64,000 nt of DNA, taken from the NCBI GenBank assembly GCA_964016885.1, contig OZ024740.1, forward strand, positions 8,122,001-8,186,000. Direction: 5' to 3'. This DNA comes from Eledone cirrhosa (taxonomy: Eukaryota). Positions 1 through 13,261 of this stretch are shown here, piece after piece. Within the stretch, counting starts at the first letter, position 1; the number at the start of each line of letters is the position of its first letter. Position numbers and translations under genes: made by a program. The notes beneath the pieces were generated by a model that ran no database searches, had not been told where the DNA came from, and saw nothing but the letters and a program-made list of their open reading frames with translations.

Positions 1-3000
1 TATATCAGTTTCGATTGGTATATCAGTTTCGATTAGTATGTCAGTTTCTATTTGTATGTTAGTTTCGATGAGTATATAAGTTTCTATTGGTATGTCAGTT
101 TTGATCGGTATGTCAGTTTCTATTGATATATCAGTTTTGATTGGTATATCAGTTTCGATTGGTATATCAGTTTCGATTGGTATGTCACTTTCTATTGGTA
201 TGTCAGTTTCTATTGGTATATCAGTTTCGATTGGTATATCAGTTTCGATTAGTATGTCAGTTTCTATTAGTATGTTAGTTTCGATTAGTATATCAGTTTC
301 TATTTGTATGTCAGTTTCGATTGGTATGTCAGTTTCTATTCATATATCAGTTTCGATTGGTATATCAGTTTTGATTGGAATATCAGTTTCTATTGGTATA
401 TCAGTTTCAATTGGTATATCAGTTTGGATTGTTATATCAGTTTCGATTGGTATATCAGTTTCGACTGGTATGTCAGTTTCGATTAGTATATCAGTTTCTA
501 TTGGTATGTCAGTTTCTATTGGTATATCAGTTTCGATTGGTATATCAGTTTCGATTAGTATGTCAGTTTCTATTAGTATGTTAGTTTCGATTAGTATATC
601 AGTTTCTATTAGTATGTCAGTTTCGATTAGTATGTCAGTTTCTATTCATATATCAGTTTCGATTGGTATATCAGTTTCGATTGGTATATCAGTTTCGATT
701 GGTATGTCAGTTTCTATTGGTATATCAGTTTCTATTGGTATGTCAGTTTTGACTGGTATATCAGTTTCGATTGGTATGTCAGTTTCGATTGGTATGTCAG
801 TTTTAATTGGTATATCCGTTCCGATTGGTATGTCAGTTTCGATTGGTATGTCAGTTTCGATTGGTATATCAGTTTCGATTGGTATGTCAGTGTTTATTGG
901 TATGTTAGTTTCGATTAGTATATCACTTTCTATTGGTATGTCAGTTTCGATTGGTATGTCTATTTCTATTGATATATCAGTTTCGATTGGAATATCAGTT
1001 TTGATTGGTATATCAGTTTCGATTGGTATGTCAGTTTCTATTGGTATATCAGTTTCTATTGGTATGTCAGTTTTGATTGGTATATCAGTTTTGAATGGTA
1101 TATCAGTTTCGATTGGTATGTCAGTTTTGATTGGTATATCAGTTCCGATTGGTATGTTAGTTTCAATTAATATATCAGTTTCTATTCGTATGTCAGTTTC
1201 AATTAGTATATCAGTTTCGATTGGTATGTCAGTTTCCATTGGTATATCAGATTCAACTGGTATGTCAGTTTCGATTAGTATATCACTTTCTATTGCTATA
1301 TCAGTTTCGATTGGTATGTCAGTTTCGATTAGTATGTAAGTTTCTATTGGTATGTTAGTTTCGATTGATATGTCAGTTTCTATTGGTATATCAGTTTCTA
1401 TCGGTATGTCATTTTCGATTGGTATGTCAGTTTCTATTGATATATCAGTTTTGATTGGTATATCAGTTTCGATTGGTATATCAGTTTCGATTGGTATGTC
1501 AATTTCTATTGTTGGTATATCAGTTTCTATTGGTATGTCAGTTTTGATTGGTATATCAGTTTCGATTGGTATGTCAGTTTCGATTGGTATGTCAGTTTCG
1601 ATTGGTATATCAGTTCCGATTGGTATGTTAGTTTTGATTGGTATATCAGTTTCTATTGGTATATCAGTTTCGATTGGTATATCAGTTTCGATTGTTATAT
1701 CAGTTTCGACTGGTATATCAGTTTCGGCTGGTATGTCAGTTTCGATTAGTATATCAGTTTCTATTGGTATGTCAGTTTCTATTGGTATATCAGTTTCTAT
1801 TGGTACGTCAGTTTCTATTGGTATATCAGTTTCGATTGGTATATCAGTTTATATTAGTATGTCAGTTTCTATTGGTATGTTAGTTTCGATTAGTATATCA
1901 GTTTCTATTAGTATGTCAGTTTCGATTAGTATGTCAGTTTCTATTCATATATCAGTTTCGATTGGTATATCAGTTTCGATTGGTATATCAGTTTCGATTG
2001 GTATGTCAGTTTCTATTGGTATATCAGTTTCTATTGGTATGTCAGTTTTGATTGGTATATCAGTTCCGATTGGTATGTCAGTTTCGATTGGTATGTCAGT
2101 TTCAATTGGTATATCAGTTTCGATTGGTATGCCAATGTCTATTGGTATGTTAGTTTCGATTAGTATATCACTTTTTATTGGTATGTCAGTTTCGATTGGT
2201 ATGTCTATTTCTATTGGTATGTCAGTTTCTATTGGTATATCAGTTTCGATTGGTATGTCAGTTTCTATTGGTATATCAGTTTCTATTGGTATGTCAGTTT
2301 TGATTGGTATATCAGTTTTGACTGGTATATCAGTTCCGATTGGTATGTCAGTTTCGATTGGTACGTCAATTTCGATAGGTATATTAGTTTCTATTGGTAT
2401 GTTAGTTTCAATTAATATATCAGTTTCTATTGGTATGCCAGTTTCAATTAGTATATCAGTTTCTATTGGTATGTCATTTTCGATTGGTATGTTAGTCCTC
2501 GAATTGTATGTCAGTTTCTATTGGTATTTCAGTTTTGATTAGTATATCAGTTTCATTTGGTATATCAATTTCGATTGGTATGTCAGTTTCTATTGGTATA
2601 TCAGTTTCTACTGGTATGTCAGTTTTGATTGGTATATCAGTATCGATTGGTATGTCAGTTTCGATTGGTATGTCAGTTTCGATTGGTATATCAGTTCCGA
2701 TTGGTATGTTAATTTCGATTGGTATATCAGTTTCTATTGGTATATCAGTTCCGATTGGTATATCAATTTCTATTGGTATATCAGTTTCGATTGATATATC
2801 AGTTTCGATTAGTATGTCAGTTTCTACTGGTATGTCAGTTTGGATTGGTATGTCAGTTTCGATTGGTATGTCAGTTTCGATTAGTATGTCAGTTTCTATT
2901 GGTATATCAGTTTCTATTGGTATGTCAGTTTTGATTGGTATATCAGTTTCGATTGGTATGTCAGTTTCGATTGGTATATCAGTTTCGATTAGTATGTCAG

Positions 3001-3562
3001 TATCTATTGGTATATCAGTTTCTATTGGTATGTCAGTTTCGACTGGTATGTCAGTTTCGATTGGTATATCAGTTCCGATTGGTATATCAGTTTCTATTGG
3101 TATATCAGTTTTGATTGATATATCAGTTTCGATTAGTATGTCAGTTTCTACTGGTATGTCAGTTTGGATTGGTATGTCAGTTTCGATTGGTATGTCAGTT
3201 TCGATTAGTATGTCAGTTTCTATTGGTATATCAGTTTCTATTGGTATGTCAGATTTGATTGGTATATCAGTTTCGATTGGTATGTCAGTTTCGATTGGTA
3301 TATCAGTTTCGATGGTATGTCAATTTCGATTGGTATATCAGTTTCGATTAGTATGTCAGTTTCTATTGGTATATCAGTTTCTATTGGTATATCAGTTTCG
3401 ATTGATACATCAGTTTCGATTAGTATGTCAGTTTCTACTGGTATGTCAGTTTGGATTGGTATATCAGTTTCGATTAGTATGTTAGTTTCTATTGGAATAT
3501 CAGTTTCGATTGGTATATCAGTTCCGATTGGTATGTCAGTTTTGATTGGTATATCAGTTTCT

Positions 3563-4537
3563 CTCCTATACGCAGACGACCTGACACTCATAGCGGAATC
3601 AATGGCCGAGCTAGAGAAGAAATTCCAAACATGGAAGCACGGCCTAGAGTCAAAAGGACTTAAAATTAACCTGGCTAAGACCAAAGTTCTAGTTTGTAGG
3701 AAAGAAAACAAGGCGGCGGTCCCTTCTGGGAAATGGTCGTGCTCGGTATGTAGGAAAGGCGTAGGTAGAAACTCCATCTTATGTCCTAAATGCAAAGTAT
3801 GGGTGCATAAAAGATGTAGTGGGATCACAGGTAAGCTAACTAAGAACATAGACTTTACATGTGGCCGGTGTTCTGGTGCAATAAGTAGCAGCAAGTGCCC
3901 ACAAAATACTAGCTCTTTCAATTGCGCAGAGGGTTTTATAGAAATAGTGGACAGCTTCCGTTACCTGGGCGATAAAATCAGCAGTGGGGGAGGGTGCTCT
4001 GAAAGTACTGTAGCTAGAGTCAGAACTGGTTGGAAAAAGTTCAGAGAGCTTATACCACTATTAGCTGCTAAAGGGTTCTCCCTAAAAATGAAAGGCAGGT
4101 TGTACGATGCCTGCATACGAACAGCAATGCTGCATGGTAGTGAGACCTGGGCATTGTGTGCAGAGGATATACGCAGACTAGAGAGGAACGAAGCTTGCAT
4201 GCTCCGCTGGATGTGTAACAGTAATATACGTGAACGGCAAAGCATAAACGAACTAAGGAAAAAATTAGAGATAAGAGGGATCAGATGTTGTTTACTCGAG
4301 AGAAGGCTGCGTTGGTATGGACACGTGATGCGCATGAAAGTCGATAGCTGTATTACAAAGTGCAGGGCAATAAAGATAGACGGTAGCCACGGAATAGGCA
4401 GACCTAGAAAAACATGGGATGAGCTGATAAACTCCGACCTCACACACTTACACCTCTCCAAGACAATGTCACTGGACCGTGACCTTTGGCGGTACTCAGT
4501 AACAGAGAAGACCCGCCTTGCCAGTAGGCATCTCTAA
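3563..4537 (+). pseudogene. Truncated LINE ORF: RT catalytic YADD, PHD-type finger (3740-3871), C-terminal RTE-type region
   Basis: Uninterrupted frame LLYADD...KTKVL...CSVC..CPKC..H..C..CGRC...FRYLG...LRWYGHVMR...GRPRKTW. The N-terminal part of ORF 3317..4537 is satellite read-through. Confidence 0.92.
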
Positions 4538-4890
4538 CAAAATACACCCCTCCCGCCGCCACCCCCACCCCATCCACACCACCCCGTTCTATGTAAAGTT
4601 ATGTTGGTGCCGCGCCATCCAGGCCGAAACAAATGAGATCGTGTAGGTGTCACGACAAAAAAACACACAGTCCACGCTGTAATGTGGCCGTGTAGGCAAC
4701 ACGGTAAAAACCTCCCAGACCCACACTGTAAATGTGGTTGGTGTTAGGAAGGGCATCCAACTGTAGAAAACCTGCCAGACAGTCCTATGCGAGCAAGACA
4801 ATCACTCTTGCCTCAAGTGGGACTACCCCCGTCCAAACCCATGCAAGCGTGGAACACGGACGTTAAACGTTGATGATGATGATGATGATG
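3563..4890 (+). mobile_element. 5'-truncated RTE-like non-LTR retrotransposon, subfamily A, copy 1
   Basis: Begins at LLYADD and includes the RT C-terminus, 3' UTR and (GAT)7 tail joined to ATATCAG. Near-identical to 8504-9859. Compared with the paralogous empty site at 14821-14860, ATTGGT is lost and there is no TSD. Confidence 0.95.
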
Positions 4891-7594
4891 ATATCAGTTT
4901 CGATTGGTATATCAGTTTCGATTGTTATATCAGTTTCGATTGGTATATCAGTTTCGACTGGTATGTCAGTTTCGATTAGTATATCAGTTTCTATTGGTAT
5001 GTCAGTTTCTATTGGTATATCAGTGTCGATTGGTATATCAGTTTCGATTAGTATGTCAGTTTCTATTGGTATGTTAGTTTCGATGAGTATATAAGTTTCT
5101 ATTGGTATGTCAGTTTTGATCGGTATGTCAGTTTCTATTGATATATCAGTTTTGATTGGTATATCAGTTTCGATTGGTATATCAGTTTCGATTTGTATGT
5201 CACTTTCTATTGGTATGTCAGTTTCTATTGGTATATCAGTTTCGATTGGTATATCAGTTTCGATTAGTATGTCAGTTTCTATTAGTATGTTAGTTTCGAT
5301 TAGTATATCAGTTTCTATTTGTATGTCAGTTTCGATTGGTATGTCAGTTTCTATTCATATATCCGTTTCGATTGGTATATCAGTTTTGATTGGTATATCA
5401 GTTTCTATTGGTATATCAGTTTCAATTGGTATATCAGTTTGGATTGTTATATCAGTTTCGATTGGTATATCAGTTTCGACTGGTATGTCAGTTTCGATTA
5501 GTATATCAGTTTCTATTGGTATGTCAGTTTCTATTGGTATATCAGTTTCGATTGGTATATCAGTTTCGATTAGTATGTCAGTTTCTATTAGTATGTTAGT
5601 TTCGATTAGTATATCAGTTTCTATTAGTATGTCAGCTTCGATTAGTATGTCAGTTTCTATTCATATATCAGTTTCGATTGGTATATCAGTTTCGATTGGT
5701 ATATCAGTTTCGATTGGTATGTCAGTTTCTATTGGTATATCAGTTTCTATTGGTATGTCAGTTTTGATTGGTATATCAGTTTCGATTGGTATGTCAGTTT
5801 CGATTGGTATGTCAGTTTCAATTGGTATATCCGTTCCGATTGGCATGTCAGTTTTGATTGGTATGTCAGTTTCGATTGGTATATCAGTTTCGATTGGTAT
5901 GTCAGTGTTTATTGGTATGTTAGTTTCGATTAGTATATCACTTTCTATTGGTATGTCAGTTTCGATTGGTATGTCTATTTCTATTGATATATCAGTTTCG
6001 ATTGGAATATCAGTTTTGATTGGTATATCAGTTTCGATTGGTATGTCAGTTTCTATTGGTATATCAGTTTCTATTGGTATGTCAGTTTTGATTGGTATAT
6101 CAGTTTTGAATGGTATGTCAGTTTCGATTGGTATGTCAGTTTTGATTGGTATATCAGTTCCGAATGGTATGTTAGTTTCAATTAATATATCAGTTTCTAT
6201 TCGTATGTCAGTTTCAATTAGTATATCAGTTTCGATTGGTATGTCAGTTTCCATTGGTATATCAGATTCAACTGGTATGTCAGTTTCGATTAGTATATCA
6301 CTTTCTATTGCTATATCAGTTTCGATTGGTATGTCAGTTTCGATTAGTATGTAAGTTTCTATTGGTATGTTAGTTTCGATTAGTATATCAGTTTCTATTG
6401 ATATATCAGTTTCGATTGGAATATCATTTTCGATTGGTATATTAGTTTCGATTGGTATGTCAGTTTCTATTGGTATATCAGTTTCTATCGGTATGTCAGT
6501 TTTGATTGGTATATCAGTTTCGATTAGTATGTCAGTTTCGATTGGTATATCAGTTTGGATTGGTATGTGAGTTTGGATTGGTATGTCAGTTTCGATTGGT
6601 ATATCAGTTTGGATTAGTATGTTAGTTTCTATTGGTATATCAGTTTCGATTGGTATATCAGTTTCGACTGGTATGTCAGTTTCGATTAGTATATCAGTTT
6701 CTATTGGTATGTCAGTTTCTATTGGTATATCAGTTTCGATTGGTATATCAGTTTCGATTAGTATGTCAGTTTCTATTGGTATGTTAGTTTCGATGAGTAT
6801 ATAAGTTTCTATTGGTATGTCAGTTTTGATCGGTATGTCAGTTTCTATTGATATATCAGTTTTGATTGGTATATCAGTTTCGATTGTTATATCAGTTTCG
6901 ATTGGTATGTCACTTTCTATTGGTATGTCAGTTTCTATTGGTATATCAGTTTCGATTGGTATATCAGTTTCGATTAGTATGTCAGTTTCTATTAGTATGT
7001 TAGTTTCGATTAGTATATCAGTTTCTATTTGTATGTCAGTTTCGATTGGTATGTCAGTTTCTATTCATATATCAGTTTCGATTGGTATATCAGTTTTGAT
7101 TGGAATATCAGTTTCTATTGGTATATCAGTTTCAATTGGTATATCAGTTTGGATTGTTATATCAGTTTCGATTGGTATATCAGTTTCGACTGGTATGTCA
7201 GTTTCGATTAGTATATCACTTTCTATTAGTATGTCAGTTTCTATTGGTATATCAGTTTCGATTGGTATATCAGTTTCGATTAGTATGTCAGTTTCTATTA
7301 GTATGTTAGTTTCGATTAGTATATCAGTTTCTATTAGTATGTCAGTTTCGATTAGTATGTCAGTTTCTATTCATATATCAGTTTCGATTGGTATATCAGT
7401 TTTGATTGGTATATCAGTTTCGATTGGTATGTCAGTTTCTATTGGTATATCAGTTTCTATTGGTATGTCAGTTTTGACTGGTATATCAGTTTCGATTGGT
7501 ATGTCAGTTTCGATTGGTATGTCAGTTTTAATTGGTATATCCGTTCCGATTGGTATGTCAGTTTCGATTGGTATGTCAGTTTCGATTGGTATAT

Positions 7595-9466
7595 CGTGAG
7601 GTGTTTAGGATTGCTAGGCAATGCGTCAAGGAAAACCGTGATATTGTCGGGGAGAAGTGTGTACTAAACGACGATGGCACACTTGCCATCACCGACGCTG
7701 ATAAGAAGGTAGCTTGGAAGTGTCACTATGAAAGGCTTCTAAATGAGGAGAATAATTGGGAGAAAGGCAGTCTCCCCCATATCGACCCAATAGAGGGACC
7801 AGCAGTGTTAGTCGAGGGGAGTATAATAAGTAAGGCAATCAAGGATATGAAGACTGGTAAGGCGGCTGGGCCTTCGGAAATAGTTGCTGAGATGCTGAAG
7901 GCATCTGGCACGGTGGGACACACCATGGTCACCCGCATAGTTAACCAAGTCGTACAAAACGGGGTTGTTCCGAAGGACTGGCATAGCAGCATCATCGTTA
8001 ACTGTTATAAGGGTAAAGGAGACGCCCTAGATAGGAGTAACTATAGAGGCATTAAATTAATCGACCAGGTCATGAAGGTCACGGAAAGAGTAATAGCGCA
8101 ACTAATCAGAGAGAGAATTGACCTAGATGAAATGCAGTTCGGGTTTGTGTCAGGCAAAAGTACCACAGACGCTCTTTTCATAGTACGACAACTACAAGAG
8201 AAGTACCTAGCTAAAGGTAAACCCCTCTACTTAGCTTTTGTCGACTTGGAGAAAGCCTTCGACAGAGTCCCCCGCTCCATTATCTGGTGGGCTCTTAGAA
8301 AACTAGGCGTTGACGAATGGCTTGTGAGGGCTATACAAGCCATGTATAAAGAAACAGTCAGCAAGGTTAGAATTAACAACGAATATAGTGAAGAGTTTAG
8401 CGTAAAAGTCGGCGTCCATCAGGGCTCTGTTCTCAGTCCACTACTATTTATTATTGCCCTTCAGGCCATAACAGAGGAGTTCAAGACAGGCTGCCCATGG
8501 GAACTCCTATACGCAGACGACCTGACACTCATAGCGGAATCAATGGCCGAGCTAGAGAAGAAATTCCAAACATGGAAGCACGGCCTAGAGTCAAAAGGAC
8601 TTAAAATTAACCTGGCTAAGACCAAAGTACTAGTTTGTAGGAAAGAAAACAAGGCGGCGGTCCCTTCTGGGAAATGGTCGTGCTCGGTGTGTAGGAAAGG
8701 CGTAGGTAGAAACTCCATTTTATGTCCTAAATGCAAAGTATGGGTGCATAAAAGATGTAGTGGGATCACAGGTAGGCTAACTAAGAACATAGATTTTACA
8801 TGTGGCCGGTGCTCTGGTGCAATAAGTAGCAGCAAGTGCCCACAAACTACTAGCTCTTTCAATTGCGCAGAGGGTTCTATAGAAATAGTGGACAGCTTCC
8901 GTTACCTGGGCGATAAAATCAGCAGTGGGGGAGGGTGCTCTGAAAGTACTGTAGCTAGAGTCAGAACTGGTTGGAAAAAGTTCAGAGAGCTTATACCACT
9001 ATTAGCTGCTAAAGGGTTCTCACTAAAAATGAAAGGCAGGTTGTACGATGCCTGCATACGAACAGCAATGCTGCATGGCAGTGAGACCTGGGCATTGTGT
9101 GCAGAGGATATACGCAGACTAGAGAGGAACGAAGCTTGCATGCTCCGCTGGATGTGTAACAGTAATATACGTGAACGGCAAAGCATAAACGAACTAAGGA
9201 ATAAATTAGAGATAAGAGGGATCAGATGTTGTTTACTCGAGAGAAGGCTACGTTGGTATGGACACGTGATGCGCATGAAAGTCGATAGCTGTATAACAAA
9301 GTGCAGGGCAATAAAGATAGACGGTAGTCACGGAATAGGCAGACCTAGAAAAACCTGGGACGAGCTGATAAACTCCGACATCACACACTTACACCTCTCC
9401 AAGACAATGTCACTGGACCGAGACCTTTGGCGGTACTCAGTAACAGAGAAGACCCGCCTTACCTAA
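7595..9466 (+). pseudogene. LINE reverse transcriptase ORF, 5'-truncated (no endonuclease domain or start codon), with embedded PHD-type finger at 8681-8812
   Basis: Non-LTR RT motifs in order: GKAAGP, KGKGD..NYRGI, QFGF..GKSTTDA, AFVDLEKAFDRVPR, GVHQGSVLSPLLF, YADD (8510-8521), KTK, FRYLG. C-terminal LRWYGHVMR/GRPRKTW is typical of the RTE clade. No stops or frameshifts. Confidence 0.95.
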
Positions 9467-9859
9467 ATATATAGTAAAACCTACTCCAGCCAGTAGGCAT
9501 CTCTAACAAATACACCCCGTCCCACCACCCCCACCCGATCCACACCACCCCGTTCTATGTAAAGTTATGTTGGTGCCGCGCCATCGAGGCCGAAACAAAT
9601 GAGATCGTGTAGGTGTCACGACAAAAAAACACACAGTCCACGCTGTAATGTGGCCGTGTAGGCAACACGGTAAAAACCTCCCAGACCCACACTGTAAATG
9701 TGGTTGGTGTTAGGAAGGGCATCCAACTGTAGAAAACCTGCCAGACAGTCCTATGCGAGCAAGACAATCACTCTTGCCTCAAGTGGGACTACCCCCGTCC
9801 AAACCCATGCAAGCGTGGAACACGGACGTTAAACGTTGATGATGATGATGATGATGATG
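7596..9859 (+). mobile_element. 5'-truncated RTE-like non-LTR retrotransposon, subfamily A, copy 2 (longest copy)
   Basis: Complete RT domain, 3' UTR 9467-9837, (GAT)8 tail. 5-bp TSD ATATC (7591-7595 / 9860-9864) is supported by the empty paralogous site near 860-900. Confidence 0.97.
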
Positions 9860-9861
9860 AT
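9794..9861 (+). other. Conserved LINE 3'-terminal stem-loop plus (GAT)n tail, putative RT recognition element; present in all five copies
   Basis: CGTC(C/T)...CCATGC-(A/T)A-GCGTGG...GGACG nested inverted repeat is retained in both subfamilies although the upstream UTR differs. Function is inferred from other stringent-type LINEs. Confidence 0.6.
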
Positions 9862-11124
9862 ATCAGTTTCGATTGGTATGTCAGTGTTTATTGGTATGTT
9901 AGTTTCGATTAGTATATCACTTTCTATTGGTATGTCAGTTTCGATTGGTATGTCTATTTCTATTGATATATCAGTTTCTATTGGAATATCAGTTTTGATT
10001 GGTATATCAGTTTCGATTGGTATGTCAGTTTCTATTGGTATATCAGTTTCTATTGGTATGTCAGTTTTGATTGGTATATCAGTTTTGAATGGTATATCAG
10101 TTTCGATTGGTATGTCAGTTTTGATTGGTATATCAGTTCCGATTGGTATGTTAGTTTCAATTAATATATCAGTTTCTATTCGTATGTCAGTTTCAATTAG
10201 TATATCAGTTTCGATTGGTATGTCAGTTTCCATTGGTATATCAGATTCAACTGGTATGTCAGTTTCGATTAGTATATCACTTTCTATTGCTATATCAGTT
10301 TCGATTCGTATGTCAGTTTCGATTAGTATGTAAGTTTCTATTGGTATGTTAGTTTCGATTAGTATATCAGTTTCTATTGATATATCAGTTTCGATTGGAA
10401 TATCATTTTCGATTGGTATATTAGTTTCGATTGATATGTCAGTTTCTATTGGTATATCAGTTTCTATCGGTATGTCAGTTTTGATTGGTATATCAGTTTC
10501 TATTGGTATGTCATTTTCGATTGGTATGTCAGTTTCTATTGATATATCAGTTTTGATTGGTATATCAGTTTCGATTGGTATATCAGTTTCGATTGGTATG
10601 TCAATTTCTATTGTTGGTATATCAGTTTCTATTGGTATGTCAGTTTTGATTGGTATATCAGTTTCGATTGGTATGTCAGTTTCGATTGGTATGTCAGTTT
10701 CGATTGGTATATCAGTTCCGATTGGTATGTCAGTTTTGATTGGTATATCAGTTTCTATTGGTATATCAGTTTCGATTGGTATATCAGTTTCGATTGTTAT
10801 ATCAGTTTCGACTGGTATATCAGTTTCGACTGGTATGTCAGTTTCGATTAGTATATCAGTTTCTATTGGTATGTCAGTTTCTATTGGTATATCAGTTTCT
10901 ATTGGTACGTCAGTTTCTATTGGTATATCAGTTTCGATTGGTATATCAGTTTATATTAGTATGTCAGTTTCTATTGGTATGTTAGTTTCGATTAGTATAT
11001 CAGTTTCTATTAGTATGTCAGTTTCGATTAGTATGTCAGTTTCTATTCATATATCAGTTTCGATTGGTATATCAGTTTCGATTGGTATATCAGTTTCGAT
11101 TGGTATGTCAGTTTCTATTGGTAT

Positions 11125-11818
11125 CATCATCATCATCATCATCATCAGGTTTAGCGTCCGTGTTCCACGCTTGCATGGGTTTGGACGGGGGTTTTCCCAC
11201 TTGAGGCAAGAGTGGTTGTCTTGCTCGCATAGGACTGTCTGGCGGGTTTTCTACAGTTGGATGCCCTTCCTAACACCAACCACATTTACAGTGTGGGGCT
11301 GGGAGGTTTTTACCGTGTTGCCTACACGGCCACATTACAGCGTGGACTGTCTGGCGGGTTTTCTACAGCTGGATGCCCTTCCTAACACCAACCACATTTA
11401 CAGTGTGGGGCTGGGAGGTTTTTACCGTGTTGCCTACACGGCCACATTTACAGCGTGGACTGTGTGTTTTTTGTCGTGACACCTACACGATCTCATTTGT
11501 TTCGGCCTGGATGTTGTGGGGCCAACATAACTTTACATTGAAAGGGGCGGTGTGGGTGGGGTGGAGGTGGAGGTGGTGGGACGGGGGTGTGTTTTGATAG
11601 AGGTGCCTACTGACTGTAGTAGGTTTTTACTTTGTATTTAGGTAAGGCGGGTCTTCTCTATTACTGAGTACCGCCAAAGGTCTCGGTCCAGTGACATTGT
11701 CTTGGAGAGGTGTAAGCGTGTGAGGTCGGAAATTATCAGCTCGTCCCATGTTTTTCTGGGTCTGCCTACTCCGTGGCTACCGTCTATCTTTATTGCCCTG
11801 CACTTTGTTATACAGCTG
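11125..11818 (-). mobile_element. 5'-truncated RTE-like element, subfamily A variant, copy 3, antisense to the other copies
   Basis: (ATC)8 on the + strand at 11123-11146. Reverse complement of the subfamily A 3' UTR and about 59 C-terminal codons (11817-11638, SCITKCRAIKIDG...). 6-bp TSD TGGTAT (11119-11124 / 11819-11824). Empty paralogous site near 13170-13190. Confidence 0.95.
11232..11463. repeat. 112/113-bp tandem duplication inside the 3' UTR of LINE copy 3
   Basis: GGACTGT at 11232, 11344 and 11457 delimits two near-identical units. The segment is single-copy in copies 1 and 2. Confidence 0.93.
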
Positions 11819-13261
11819 TGGTATATCAGTTTCTATTGGTATGTCAGTTTTGATTGGTATATCAGTTCCGATTGGTATGTCAGTTTCGATTGGTATGTCA
11901 GTTTCGATTGGTATATCAGTTTCGATTGGTATGTCAGTGTTTATTGGTATGTTAGTTTCGATTAGTATATCACTTTCTATTGGTATGTCAGTTTCGATTG
12001 GTATGTCTATTTCTATTGATATATCAGTTTCTATTGGAATATCAGTTTTGATTGGTATATCAGTTTCGATTGGTATGTCAGTTTCTATTGGTATATCAGT
12101 TTCTATTGGTATGTCAGTTTTGATTGGTATATCAGTTTTGAATGATATATCAGTTTCGATTGGTATGTCAGTTTTGATTGGTATATCAGTTCCGATTGGT
12201 ATGTTAGTTTCAATTAATATATCAGTTTCTATTCGTATGTCAGTTTCAATTAGTATATCAGTTTCGATTGGTATGTCAGTTTCCATTGGTATATCAGATT
12301 CAACTGGTATGTCAGTTTCGATTAGTATATCACTTTCTATTGCTATATCAGTTTCGATTCGTATGTCAGTTTCGATTAGTATGTAAGTTTCTATTGGTAT
12401 GTTAGTTTCGATTAGTATATCAGTTTCTATTGATATATCAGTTTCGATTGGAATATCATTTTCGATTGGTATATTAGTTTCGATTGATATGTCAGTTTCT
12501 ATTGGTATATCAGTTTCTATCGGTATGTCAGTTTTGATTGGTATATCAGTTTCTATTGGTATGTCATTTTCGATTGGTATGTCAGTTTCTATTGATATAT
12601 CAGTTTTGATTGGTATATCAGTTTCGATTGGTATATCAGTTTCGATTGGTATGTCAATTTCTATTGTTGGTATATCAGTTTCTATTGGTATGTCAGTTTT
12701 GATTGGTATATCAGTTTCGATTGGTATGTCAGTTTCGATTGGTATGTCAGTTTCGATTGGTATATCAGTTCCGATTGGTATGTCAGTTTTGATTGGTATA
12801 TCAGTTTCTATTGGTATATCAGTTTCGATTGGTATATCAGTTTCGATTGTTATATCAGTTTCGACTGGTATATCAGTTTCGACTGGTATGTCAGTTTCGA
12901 TTAGTATATCAGTTTCTATTGGTATGTCAGTTTCTATTGGTATATCAGTTTCTATTGGTACGTCAGTTTCTATTGGTATATCAGTTTCGATTGGTATATC
13001 AGTTTATATTAGTATGTCAGTTTCTATTGGTATGTTAGTTTCGATTAGTATATCAGTTTCTATTAGTATGTCAGTTTCGATTAGTATGTCAGTTTCTATT
13101 CATATATCAGTTTCGATTGGTATATCAGTTTCGATTGGTATATCAGTTTCGATTGGTATGTCAGTTTCTATTGGTATATCAGTTTCTATTGGTATTTCAG
13201 TTTTGATTGGTATATCAGTTCCGATTGGTATGTCAGTTTCGATTGGTATGTCAGTTTCAAT

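Larger units (their letters stand above)
9860..13261. repeat. ~1353-bp tandem higher-order duplication of satellite; the first unit carries LINE copy 3 (boundaries approximate)
   Basis: The same variant series recurs at offset 2053 (10346 vs 12399), which equals 1353 plus 700 bp of insertion and TSD. 1353 = 75x18+3, consistent with one 21-bp monomer. Confidence 0.85.

Noticed and set aside
4870-5094. Poly-Met-initiated ORFs (also 9836, 13336, 18826)
   Set aside because: They arise from the (GAT)n LINE tail read as ATG repeats running into satellite.
3563-9859. Copies 1 and 2 as LTRs of one element, or as a segmental duplication
   Set aside because: They have different 5' ends, junction types and HOR contexts, each has its own tail, and only satellite lies between them.
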